Source: Akkermansiaceae bacterium
GTDB lineage: Bacteria; Verrucomicrobiota; Verrucomicrobiia; Verrucomicrobiales; Akkermansiaceae
Assembly (NCBI GenBank): GCA_031371445.1
Contig: JANMJQ010000140.1
Span: 18,681-82,680, forward strand
Length of the DNA stretch: 64,000 nt
Direction of reading: 5' to 3'
Under the pieces are notes generated by a model. The model was not told the DNA's origin and searched no databases. It saw only the letters and a program-made list of their open reading frames with translations. Positions 40,896-49,032 of this stretch are shown here, in pieces. How positions within the stretch are numbered: position 1 is the first letter of the stretch; each line of letters starts with the position of its first letter. The position numbers were made by a program, and so were the translations under genes.

Positions 40896-41585
40896 ATGAC
40901 GAGCCACCCATTACATTTCCGTGTGCAGTGCAAATTGCCAGTACTTGCCTTCGTCGCACTCATGTCCGGCCTGTCGTGGCTCACCGCACCGATGTTGGCA
41001 GCGAAAGATCCGGTCCCTTCTCGCCAAGCGTCGGCAAAAACAAAAGCATCTCCACCCGCAGTCCGGCCAGCACCGGCCAAGCGTCCCGATCCGCGCTATC
41101 GCCCACCCGCCAACTTTGCCGAGCTTCAAGCCGTCGCAGGCGAAGTGGCGAAGGCCACGGGCCGCCAAATCAACTGGCACCTGGCACTCGGAGAAAATCC
41201 CGGGCCCTTGGCAAGGGTTCGTGGCAACTTGGACAATTGCACCATCTACATCCATCCGGTCGCCGCCCAAAAGCTGCCACCGAACACCTGGGCCTTCATC
41301 TTCGGCCATGAATTTGCCCACAAGGTCGAAGGCCTTCAATCCCACGGCAAAGCCAGCCCGGCCACTGAACTGAAAGCCGACATCGCCGGCGCCCGCTATG
41401 CGATGGCATCCGGCTATCGGCTTGAAGCGTTTCTTGGCTGGATTCTAACAGAACCGGATCAACATACGGATTCCCATGGCTCCCCGCATGAACGCGCCAA
41501 CGCGATCGCCGCGCACTTTGGGATCCCGCAACGGGTGATTCAGGCGGAGACGCGGCGATATGCGAAAAATCGGGCGACGCATTAG
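40896..41585 (+). CDS. Secreted M48-like HExxH metalloprotease domain protein
   Basis: AFIFGHEFAH, ELKAD, SHGSPHER; start uncertain. Confidence 0.6.
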   Translation: MTSHPLHFRVQCKLPVLAFVALMSGLSWLTAPMLAAKDPVPSRQASAKTKASPPAVRPAPAKRPDPRYRPPANFAELQAVAGEVAKATGRQINWHLALGENPGPLARVRGNLDNCTIYIHPVAAQKLPPNTWAFIFGHEFAHKVEGLQSHGKASPATELKADIAGARYAMASGYRLEAFLGWILTEPDQHTDSHGSPHERANAIAAHFGIPQRVIQAETRRYAKNRATH

Positions 41586-41699
41586 GACAGGCGCTCCCCC
41601 AGATCAACGTTCGAAGCAAGCTACTGATCGCTGCTGTATTTTGAGCATAAGAACAATACACCTTGCCGAAGCCGATGAAATTCAATAGTCGGATTGGAT

Positions 41700-42416
41700 A
41701 TGAGAATCAACATCCTCCCGTTGGTTATTGGCGTGGTCGCTTTCGGTTTGTGTAGAGATGCGGAAGCCATTACGTTGGCGTCGGTGGATGGTTTCGGCGC
41801 GACGTCGGAAGGCTGGTCGATCGGAGCTACACCTTCGGCTACGCAGCCGACGCGCAGTGCCGGAGTGGGTTTTGATGGCCAAGCCGGGTTCCTGAGCCAT
41901 TTTTCCGATAGCAACGGCGCGAACGGCAAATGGTTGATGTTTTCGGCGCAAGCTGACTGGATTGGCAACTACACGTCGGCCGGCGTCAGTGGAATTACTT
42001 TTCAAGCCGATAACCAGGCAGGAAATCCCCTCGCGGTTCGGATCGCCTTCAGCGGGCCTGGTGGCTGGTTCTATTCGGGCGCACAAACCATTACCAATTC
42101 CACCGGAGCTGCCGATTGGACTTTGCTCTCTTATACGCTCACTTCGGGAAGTTTCACCTACCTGGCCGGCAGCGGCGGAACCGGCAGTTTTACCGACACG
42201 ATGTCAGGCGTGACGCGTTTTGAAATCCTGGGCGGAGCGAGTGCCATTGTTTATCACTCGAACGGCAACATCATCGAGGCGGGCCTTTCAACCAACACGG
42301 TGGGGATCGATAACATTACCGCAGTACCGGAACCGGCGACGCCAGGCTTGCTTGTAGTGGGATGGAGTGCTGTTGCAATGATGCGACGCCGGCGATTCAT
42401 TGCTGCTGTAAGATAG
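41700..42416 (+). CDS. PEP-CTERM sorting domain protein
   Basis: Signal peptide; C-terminal IDNITAVPEP-TM-RRRR. Confidence 0.88.
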   Translation: MRINILPLVIGVVAFGLCRDAEAITLASVDGFGATSEGWSIGATPSATQPTRSAGVGFDGQAGFLSHFSDSNGANGKWLMFSAQADWIGNYTSAGVSGITFQADNQAGNPLAVRIAFSGPGGWFYSGAQTITNSTGAADWTLLSYTLTSGSFTYLAGSGGTGSFTDTMSGVTRFEILGGASAIVYHSNGNIIEAGLSTNTVGIDNITAVPEPATPGLLVVGWSAVAMMRRRRFIAAVR

Positions 42417-42529
42417 GTTGTAACAATCGTGGCCGGAGAGCTTTGCGTCGCGGCCTTCAAGTCCCCCAAGGGACGACAGGAGCAGTGCATGAAGTTCGGC
42501 AAATTTTTAGGAACAGTCTCCGGGAAGCT

Positions 42530-42710
42530 TGAGTGCTGGTCGGCGGGATCCCAACAACACTACTTTGAGGTGATACAAGCTTCTCCCTACAAACAACCGA
42601 AGCGTTGCTACGATTGTCGCCAGAAAGAGATTTTGAGACGCGATAAGGCAAGAGCTGCAGCGGGACATGCGACTCTAGAAGTCGAACAACATTCCCGTAA
42701 TCATCCATGA
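42530..42710 (+). pseudogene. Possible remnant of a zinc-ribbon protein gene
   Basis: WSAGSQQHYFEVIQASPYKQPKRCYDCR resembles the second half of the probable zinc-ribbon family; first CxxC missing. Confidence 0.3.
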
Positions 42711-42732
42711 GTAGCTCCGCTCTGCACATCTC

Positions 42733-43245
42733 ATGAACAGAAGCCAAGTCATCCAGGCAGCAGGACGCATTGGCAGTTTTTGCGCCCGACATTTCCTTGC
42801 GCTCGCTGTCACGGTGGCGGCGGCCTGCATGGTCTGGACGATTACTTACTTCGCGCTGCTTCTTTGGGCGATGCTCACGGGCGGCGGCATTGGCGGACCC
42901 TTGGCGTATCCCGCCGGATTGCTTTTCTTCTTCGTCGCCACCACCGCGGCCAGTCTGCTTCTGCTCTTACCATCGACTGCACTTGCCGAGTGGTTTACCC
43001 GGCGCCGGGGCTTCCCGATTCTCGTCCAGATTCCCATCAGTGTCGCCGCTCTCGCCATGCTTTGCCTCGCCGTGGTGGGCATAGCGTCAGCGCTTGGTTC
43101 ACAACTCACGTTCCGCGGGTTATCGGTCGGTTCTGGCATACTCTTTCTCTCGCTTCTCGTCCCGCTCGGTCTTTATTGGTGGGCGGCACAAAGCATTCCA
43201 CTTCTACTCTCGCTCATCCAGCGCCTCCGCGGCCGCAAATGCTAA
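42733..43245 (+). CDS. Hypothetical membrane protein
   Basis: ATG start, about 4 TM segments. Confidence 0.65.
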   Translation: MNRSQVIQAAGRIGSFCARHFLALAVTVAAACMVWTITYFALLLWAMLTGGGIGGPLAYPAGLLFFFVATTAASLLLLLPSTALAEWFTRRRGFPILVQIPISVAALAMLCLAVVGIASALGSQLTFRGLSVGSGILFLSLLVPLGLYWWAAQSIPLLLSLIQRLRGRKC

Positions 43246-43264
43246 CAGCCTACCTACTTAACTC

Positions 43265-43693
43265 GTGCTCGACCACGTCTTCATAACCGTCAGGGACGTC
43301 CATCGATCGATTGCCTTTTACGAGACGGCTCTCAAGCCGCTCGGCATCGTGCATGCCATCGATTATGATGGCAAAGATGGCCCTGAAGGACATCCCGACC
43401 TCAAGGGCTTCGGATGCGACGGCCGCGTATTTTTCTGGCTCAGGCATGGCGATGCGGATGCCAAGGCTGCGCATATCGGCTTTATCGCAAAGAGCGAGGC
43501 CGAGGTGAACGGGTTCTACCAGGCAGCAATGGCGGCGGGCGCTACCGACAATGGCAAACCCGGCGCCCGCCTGTATTACGATCCCCGTTATTACGCGGCG
43601 AACGTTTTCGATCCAGATGGCTACAGTCTCGAGGCGGTTTATAAGAGCTGGCAGCACCCGCAATATGAAGCCGCCGCATCCGATACTATTTAA
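43265..43693 (+). CDS. VOC/glyoxalase family protein
   Basis: LDHVFITV, AHIGF, AAGATDNGKPGAR, YYAANVFDPDGYSLEAVY. Confidence 0.93.
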   Translation: MLDHVFITVRDVHRSIAFYETALKPLGIVHAIDYDGKDGPEGHPDLKGFGCDGRVFFWLRHGDADAKAAHIGFIAKSEAEVNGFYQAAMAAGATDNGKPGARLYYDPRYYAANVFDPDGYSLEAVYKSWQHPQYEAAASDTI

Positions 43694-43905
43694 GGGGCTG
43701 TCTGAAAATTGGAGCGCGGTCTTCAGTCCGCCTCTGACTCAAAAATGTGAAGCTCCTCCCCCAAGACGCAGAATGAATGCCGTGGGTGTAGGCACCCACG
43801 CTCCTTAGGGGGGACTCGCTGCGAGACGCAGCGGGCACGACCTGTGGCGAGACGCCGCAGCTACGTTGATGGCCGCGGAACGAGTAGCGCAACTCGTTGA
43901 AAACC

Positions 43906-43931
43906 AAGTAGCCTCACTAGGGCTCGAACCT
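43906..43931. repeat. att site distal to tRNA (duplicated tRNA-Gln 3' end)
   Basis: Identical to 50270-50295. Confidence 0.95.
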
Positions 43932-44131
43932 TTGGGAACCTGCTTGAGCCTGAAACTGTTAGCGGGCCGGGGTCACCGATAGTGTCCGGAGAGGCTTTTG
44001 ATGTCAGCCATCTACCTGCGCCGGATCGTAAACTACTTCGCCGAATTGTCGAGGCATGGCCGCATCTAACAGGCGGCATTAAATTGGCAATCGTCGCCAT
44101 TTTGGACGCCGGGAAAGAGGGCGACCAATGA
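43931..44131 (+). other. Displaced integrase C-terminal segment (66 codons, restored on excision)
   Basis: Open frame FGNLLEPETVSGPGSPIVSG...LRRIVEAWPHLTGGIKLAIVAILDAGKEGDQ*, in phase with int across the att core; TGA overlaps the rep ATG. Confidence 0.75.
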
Positions 44132-45321
44132 CTGCCGCCAGCCTCCCCCTCTCGGACGGAGTGCGCGATGCCCGCGATAGCGGGCACGCGCTCCCGTCCG
44201 AAGGGGGGCACTGCTTGTCTATAGTGCATAAAACCAGCAGTCCCTCGGCGGATCGCAAAACCGATGCGCGTCTGTTTCAAATTTGGCCGGAAGGTTCATC
44301 GGCAATCTTTCCCGGCATTCCAAATCGAAGCCCTCACGCAAAATCCAGTTCGGGAAATCGGGGCGGCAAGCGTGGCAAGGTGACAACCCTCTCTGATGCG
44401 TCCCGAACCAATTTGAAGCGCTACCTTGCGACCATGAAGCGGGATGCTCCCGCGTTCACGATGGCTCTCACGCTTCCCAATGACTTCAAGGCAATATCAT
44501 CTGCCTCGGTTCATCAGATCTTTAAGATAATTTGCAACCGCCTAACAGCCTCCCGAGGATTTCCCGGCGTTTCGTTTGTATGGAAGCGCGAGCTTCAAAG
44601 ACGCGGTGCGCTGCACTACCATCTGCTGATTTACGGAATCGAAGTCGAGATGATCCGGCAATCATTCCAACGCTGGCTTGCCCTTCAATGGAACTCTCTC
44701 ATTTGCGCGAGCTTCGATGCGGAAGAATCCGGAAAGCATCTGCGCTGGCATTTGCACTCGAAGAACATGGAAGCGGTTCGCGGCAATATTGCAGGCTACT
44801 TCGCCAAATACCTCGGCAAGCCTCTGGAAGCAGTCTGCGAAGAAATCCCGGGACGTTGGTGGGGCAAGGTCAATGGAAGCGCATTGCCTCTGTCCACCCG
44901 TCGCGAAGTGGCGATGCCTGAGCGGGCCGCCATCATCGCTCACCGAATCGCTAGGAAACTGCTGCAAAAGCGAGCGAACGAAGCCAAGCATCGTATCATT
45001 GCGAAAGCTTCGGGACTGATGAGTTCAAGAGGGCAACCCTTGGTTTCCCAATTCGAACTGATAAGGATTCGCAATCGTTTCAAGCACATCGACCTCACTC
45101 AAATTGACCTCGATAATCCGCCTCCGCTCTTTTTCCATGATTTGATTCGTCTGGAATGGCCTCGCCAAAAGGGGTTTCGATGGGGCAAAGCCAAACGCTC
45201 TCCGTTCGCTAAATTCAGCAAGGTGCGATTGATCTCGAAAGACTCTCCTACCACAGCGGCCCGAATCATGAAGTTTGTCGGCGAGGCAATGAGAGAATGG
45301 GCCAGCCGAAATCCGTTTTAA
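44128..45321 (+). CDS. HUH rolling-circle replication initiator
   Basis: Motif I MALTLP, motif II WKRELQRRGALHYHLLI, motif III YFAKYLGK, PGRWWG; GAGG 7 nt upstream of ATG. Confidence 0.85.
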   Translation: MTAASLPLSDGVRDARDSGHALPSEGGHCLSIVHKTSSPSADRKTDARLFQIWPEGSSAIFPGIPNRSPHAKSSSGNRGGKRGKVTTLSDASRTNLKRYLATMKRDAPAFTMALTLPNDFKAISSASVHQIFKIICNRLTASRGFPGVSFVWKRELQRRGALHYHLLIYGIEVEMIRQSFQRWLALQWNSLICASFDAEESGKHLRWHLHSKNMEAVRGNIAGYFAKYLGKPLEAVCEEIPGRWWGKVNGSALPLSTRREVAMPERAAIIAHRIARKLLQKRANEAKHRIIAKASGLMSSRGQPLVSQFELIRIRNRFKHIDLTQIDLDNPPPLFFHDLIRLEWPRQKGFRWGKAKRSPFAKFSKVRLISKDSPTTAARIMKFVGEAMREWASRNPF

Positions 45322-45355
45322 AAAAAGATGGATTTCTGAAAAATACCGTGGATAC

Positions 45356-45369
45356 TGTTCGTTAGAACA
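45356..45369. promoter_or_regulatory. Putative Verrucomicrobia LexA box
   Basis: Perfect TGTTC-GTTA-GAACA preceded by GATAC, the same context as at radC. Confidence 0.6.
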
Positions 45370-45526
45370 TGGCGCATCGAACATTAGTTTTTGCGCCGAA
45401 TCTGCCCCAACCTTCGAAATTTTCGGCGCGAAAATGGCTGAAGTTTGCGCAATTTAACGGACAATAAATCAAAATTAATCGTTGATTATGAATCAATTAG
45501 ACTTTTTGCGCAAATTAGCTTCCTCT

Positions 45527-45552
45527 AGTGACGTCACTTCAGTTACGTTACA
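45527..45552 (+). promoter_or_regulatory. Tandem palindromic operator upstream of MTase
   Basis: AGTGACGTCACT followed by degenerate copy AGTTACGTTACA, ending 4 nt before ATG 45557. Confidence 0.5.
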
Positions 45553-45556
45553 TTCC

Positions 45557-46693
45557 ATGGCCATTGGAGAATCTGGAAGGATCGTTGTTGACGTTGGACC
45601 GGAAGTTAAACGGGAACTTTATGCGGCATTGGCCCATAAGGGCAGCAGCCTGAAGGACTGGTTCCTTGATTCGGCGCACCGATTCTGCGGTGACGAGAGC
45701 AAAGGGTTATCTCTTTTTGATTATGACCCGAACAAGGCAGGCGGTAAGGCCCACCCGACCACCGTCCCCAAATCTCCTTATTCAGTCGTTTCGATGTTTT
45801 CAGGCTGCGGCGGAATGGATCTCGGATTCAGAGGCGATTTCACATTCTTGGGCAAAAAGTATGAGAAAAATCCATTCGAGATAGTGTGGGCTAACGATAT
45901 TAACCCTGCTGCCTGCGAAACCTACCTCCGGAATCTTAAGCACGAGATTCATTGCGGGGATGTCACCGATTTTATGAAAACCGCCCCTGCCAATCCCGAC
46001 GTTCTTGTCGGAGGTTTTCCGTGTCAGGATATTTCCGTAAATGGAAAGATGAAAGGGGTCAATGGTACGCGAAGCGGCCTCTATAAGCACATGATTTCGG
46101 CCATCAGAGAATTGAAACCGAAGGTCTTCGTGGCTGAAAACGTTAAAGGCCTTTTGATGAAATGTAACAAAAAATCCCTAGATCAAATTATAAGGGATTT
46201 TAATACGCTTGGTTACACGCTGAGTTATTCATTGTATAATTCCGCCGATTATGGTGTTCCGCAAACTCGGGAACGCGTTTTTATTGTTGGGACATCATCA
46301 GACCTCCAGCCATTTGTTAGGCCTCCTGCGGTTCACACAAAGGAAAGTTGGATAACTGCAAAGAGCGCCCTCAATGACCTTGAGAAAAAGGCCGCATCTA
46401 TCGAATTCAATCACATCTGGAGTGCTGCCAAAAAAAGCGCCGAACAAGGAAGTCGTAGGCTTCGGCCGGACCGCCCCGCCCACACGATCAGGGCCGAATG
46501 CCACGGTAATATTCAATTCCACTACAAACTTGATCGCCGCATCTCGATGCGTGAAGCAGCCCGTTGCCAGTCGTTCCCAGATAACTTTGTCTTTTCCTCG
46601 GGCATCCGCCACACGGAAAGGCAAGTCGGCAATGCTGTCCCGCCTGTGTTGGCTTGGCACATCGCGAGGGCGGTTATGAAGTGCCTCGGCTAA
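45557..46693 (+). CDS. DNA (cytosine-5)-methyltransferase with N-terminal RHH-like extension
   Basis: FSGCGG, GGFPCQD, ENVKG, VPQTRERVF, QVGNAVP. Confidence 0.95.
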   Translation: MAIGESGRIVVDVGPEVKRELYAALAHKGSSLKDWFLDSAHRFCGDESKGLSLFDYDPNKAGGKAHPTTVPKSPYSVVSMFSGCGGMDLGFRGDFTFLGKKYEKNPFEIVWANDINPAACETYLRNLKHEIHCGDVTDFMKTAPANPDVLVGGFPCQDISVNGKMKGVNGTRSGLYKHMISAIRELKPKVFVAENVKGLLMKCNKKSLDQIIRDFNTLGYTLSYSLYNSADYGVPQTRERVFIVGTSSDLQPFVRPPAVHTKESWITAKSALNDLEKKAASIEFNHIWSAAKKSAEQGSRRLRPDRPAHTIRAECHGNIQFHYKLDRRISMREAARCQSFPDNFVFSSGIRHTERQVGNAVPPVLAWHIARAVMKCLG

Positions 46694-46698
46694 TGCCG

Positions 46699-47718
46699 TC
46701 ATCTAAAGAGACATTCGGATGGCACCCAATGGCCCCGCGCTTGTATATCGGCCATCTCCAGCCATTCACGAATTCGATTTTCTGGCGCTACCGAACGTCC
46801 CCAATATTCGACAAATAGGGCGTCTTCAAGGCGGCTAGCAGCTTCTTCCATTTCGGATCTCAGATCTTCGAGCGCCCTCTGCATGTAGTTGCCTCCGCGT
46901 ACTTGATTTCCCCGCAGAGCGACACTTCCAGCGGTGAAAAGATCACGCACCTGAGGGCAAAGAATCCCGTAGTAGGTCAAAAGGAACATGGCTGCATCAT
47001 CATATTTATTTTTGGCCCTGCTTGGCTTAACGACCTGCGGGCATAGCAAGGTGGCCTCCGCTCGGTAGCGTCGCTTTTCCTCTTGGGAGAGGCGCATGTA
47101 GAGCGTTACTTGAAGGGGCAAGGACCTCTCTTGTTCGGGCGAATCTTCCAACCACCAAAGTCGCTCCCCCGGCTGGAGACGGCTTCGCGCATAAGCTCTA
47201 ACATGAAGCATTTTTGCCTCCATGTCGAGTGAGCAGAAGTCCAGGTAACTCACTCCGAAAATATCAAAGAGTGGTTGTCGTGGTTGGTGGGCGGAACCTT
47301 CGGGATAAACCTCAACTTCAAACCGCGGCACGTGCGATGTCCTCACGTGAATGACGGAGGTCTCATAGCGTCCCCAACTTACGCCAGGTTCACCGCCCAT
47401 TTTGCCGAAAACAAGATAGATATGCTTAACGGAGGTGTCGCGCGTGCTTTCCAAGACGCTATTTGCAACACTTCGCCAAGAATCCCCTGTCGTAAATTTT
47501 ACCTCAATCCCAAATTCTCCCAAAACGATATCGGGAAAAACATGAGGATGGGGTTCGAAGTTGGCGGCAATCCCATGAGCCTCAAGAAGGGCGTGGGCTT
47601 CAACTCGGACGCGATTCTCAAACTCAGCCGAACGCTCCCAAATGGTCCCTTGGCTCAGCTCGGAATTCAAGCGGTCACACAATTCCGCCAGAATGGATTC
47701 GAAAGTAGTTTCCGTCAT
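46699..47718 (-). CDS. Putative type II restriction endonuclease (PD-(D/E)XK)
   Basis: FPDIVLGEFGIEVK; convergent with the MTase; ATGA-coupled to the upstream HTH gene. Confidence 0.78.
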   Translation of the reverse strand: MTETTFESILAELCDRLNSELSQGTIWERSAEFENRVRVEAHALLEAHGIAANFEPHPHVFPDIVLGEFGIEVKFTTGDSWRSVANSVLESTRDTSVKHIYLVFGKMGGEPGVSWGRYETSVIHVRTSHVPRFEVEVYPEGSAHQPRQPLFDIFGVSYLDFCSLDMEAKMLHVRAYARSRLQPGERLWWLEDSPEQERSLPLQVTLYMRLSQEEKRRYRAEATLLCPQVVKPSRAKNKYDDAAMFLLTYYGILCPQVRDLFTAGSVALRGNQVRGGNYMQRALEDLRSEMEEAASRLEDALFVEYWGRSVAPENRIREWLEMADIQARGHWVPSECLFR

Positions 47719-47957
47719 GATCCGCTGGCCGAGGAATGGCGAAGTAGTTCGTTGGGGCTGCTGTTCAAGAGTTCCGCCAGTTTTGACAATTCAATATCCG
47801 AGACATGCCGCGAACCTGTTTCCATCTTCGCAATGACGCTCCTCCCGATGTCCCACCCCGATCTTTGAGCCTTTGCGGCGAGTTGCTCTTGGGAAAGTTC
47901 CATTAGCTCGCGGCACCTTCTTATCTGGGGACCGGAGATGTTCTTTTTATCACCCAT
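47715..47957 (-). CDS. XRE-family HTH regulator (RM controller-like)
   Basis: GPQIRRCRELMELSQEQLA...IAKMETGSR...LAELLN; directly upstream of the REase. Confidence 0.85.
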   Translation of the reverse strand: MGDKKNISGPQIRRCRELMELSQEQLAAKAQRSGWDIGRSVIAKMETGSRHVSDIELSKLAELLNSSPNELLRHSSASGS

Positions 47958-48257
47958 GAATGCCGGACGAATTGTTCCCACAGAACCGGCTCCCCAACTG
48001 TACCGAATTTAGCACAAATTCGGGGTCAAGGGGATCATCCCCTTGCCTGCGGAGCACCTAAAAAGGCACGGCGGGTCGATTTGCGAGAATGGGCGGCCCC
48101 CCAGCTCGTCGGAGCAAATTCGAATCCGCCGCTGACCAATGGCAGGACGGCTTTGCGACCGAAGGGAGGGGTTGCGCGGTCACGCGGGCCGGAAAGCGCT
48201 CCAAATTTTTGCCTTGTCACGGTTATGTTGCGCTGCTGTTGTGCGTCCGTAACCCGA

Positions 48258-48794
48258 ATGTCTCGACAAGATTCCATCAAAATCGGCCAAGAGCTAATCG
48301 AAGCCTCCGAAAATCAGGAGCAGTTGCTTCCTCTCTCCACCCAGCTCTTTCCCTATCTGGTCATTGCCTCGCGGAAAATGAGTCTGCGCCGGATTAGCAG
48401 TTGGCTTCAGGAAAAGCACGGGGTGAGCCTCAGCGCTGCGGCAATTTCCCGCGCTCTTAACAGCCCTGAAACCCACTTGGAACGGCTCGCGGATTCAATT
48501 GCACCCCTCGCCCAATGGGTCGCCACCGCTTACGGTCATCAGCCGCTGAATCTTCTTTTCAACGAGGTCATTAAAGACGGCCCAATTGAACTTCAGATGT
48601 TGGCTCACGATCACCAGCAACCGCATGACGAGCGAGACGTCGAGCGATGGGGCGAGTTGCATTCCCTCGTTCAGACGTGGGAGGCAATTCCGTATGATGT
48701 ATGCGTAATGCTAAAGCCCTACCTTCGCGAGGTTTTGGGCGAGGATGAACTCGTAATCGAAGAGGATTACGATGGACCCGACGAAAACTGTTAG
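48258..48794 (+). CDS. Hypothetical protein with HTH-like segment
   Basis: MSLRRISSWLQEKHGVSLSAAAISRAL; first gene of the hyp-xis-int run. Confidence 0.6.
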   Translation: MSRQDSIKIGQELIEASENQEQLLPLSTQLFPYLVIASRKMSLRRISSWLQEKHGVSLSAAAISRALNSPETHLERLADSIAPLAQWVATAYGHQPLNLLFNEVIKDGPIELQMLAHDHQQPHDERDVERWGELHSLVQTWEAIPYDVCVMLKPYLREVLGEDELVIEEDYDGPDENC

Positions 48795-48807
48795 AAATTC
48801 TCCCCCA

Positions 48808-49032
48808 ATGAAAAAAGACAATACAAACCAGCAACAGGGCCCGACTGGATCGGGACGGTTCCTCTTACCGTTAAAAGAGGTTGCGGCCATGATCGCCATG
48901 TCAAAGGAAACCCTCTATCGCCGAATCCGGCAGGGGTTGTTTCCCGAGCCAATCAAACAGGGCAACCGCTCGTTTTTCAAACCTGCGGACGTGCAAACCT
49001 ACCTCGACAAACTCAAGCGCAAACGCAAATGA
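48808..49032 (+). CDS. AlpA/excisionase-like DNA-binding protein
   Basis: LLPLKEVAAMIAMSKETLYRRIRQGLFPEPIKQG; ATGA overlap with int. Confidence 0.88.
   Translation: MKKDNTNQQQGPTGSGRFLLPLKEVAAMIAMSKETLYRRIRQGLFPEPIKQGNRSFFKPADVQTYLDKLKRKRK

Noticed and set aside
41585-43700. Integron cassette array
   Set aside because: There are same-strand short genes and one GCTAAC at a stop, but no convincing attC with a matching GTTRRRY end and no intI.
43906-43931. Second tRNA gene
   Set aside because: Only the 3' end (part of the T arm and the acceptor strand) is present; it is the att duplication.
47973-47987. TGTTC-CCACA-GAACC as a second LexA box
   Set aside because: The spacer is 5 nt and one arm mismatches. 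It could be a controller operator, but that is unsupported.
48025-48200. Single-strand origin or ncRNA in the controller-hypothetical gap
   Set aside because: Some small hairpins, but no recognisable motif; cannot be supported by eye.
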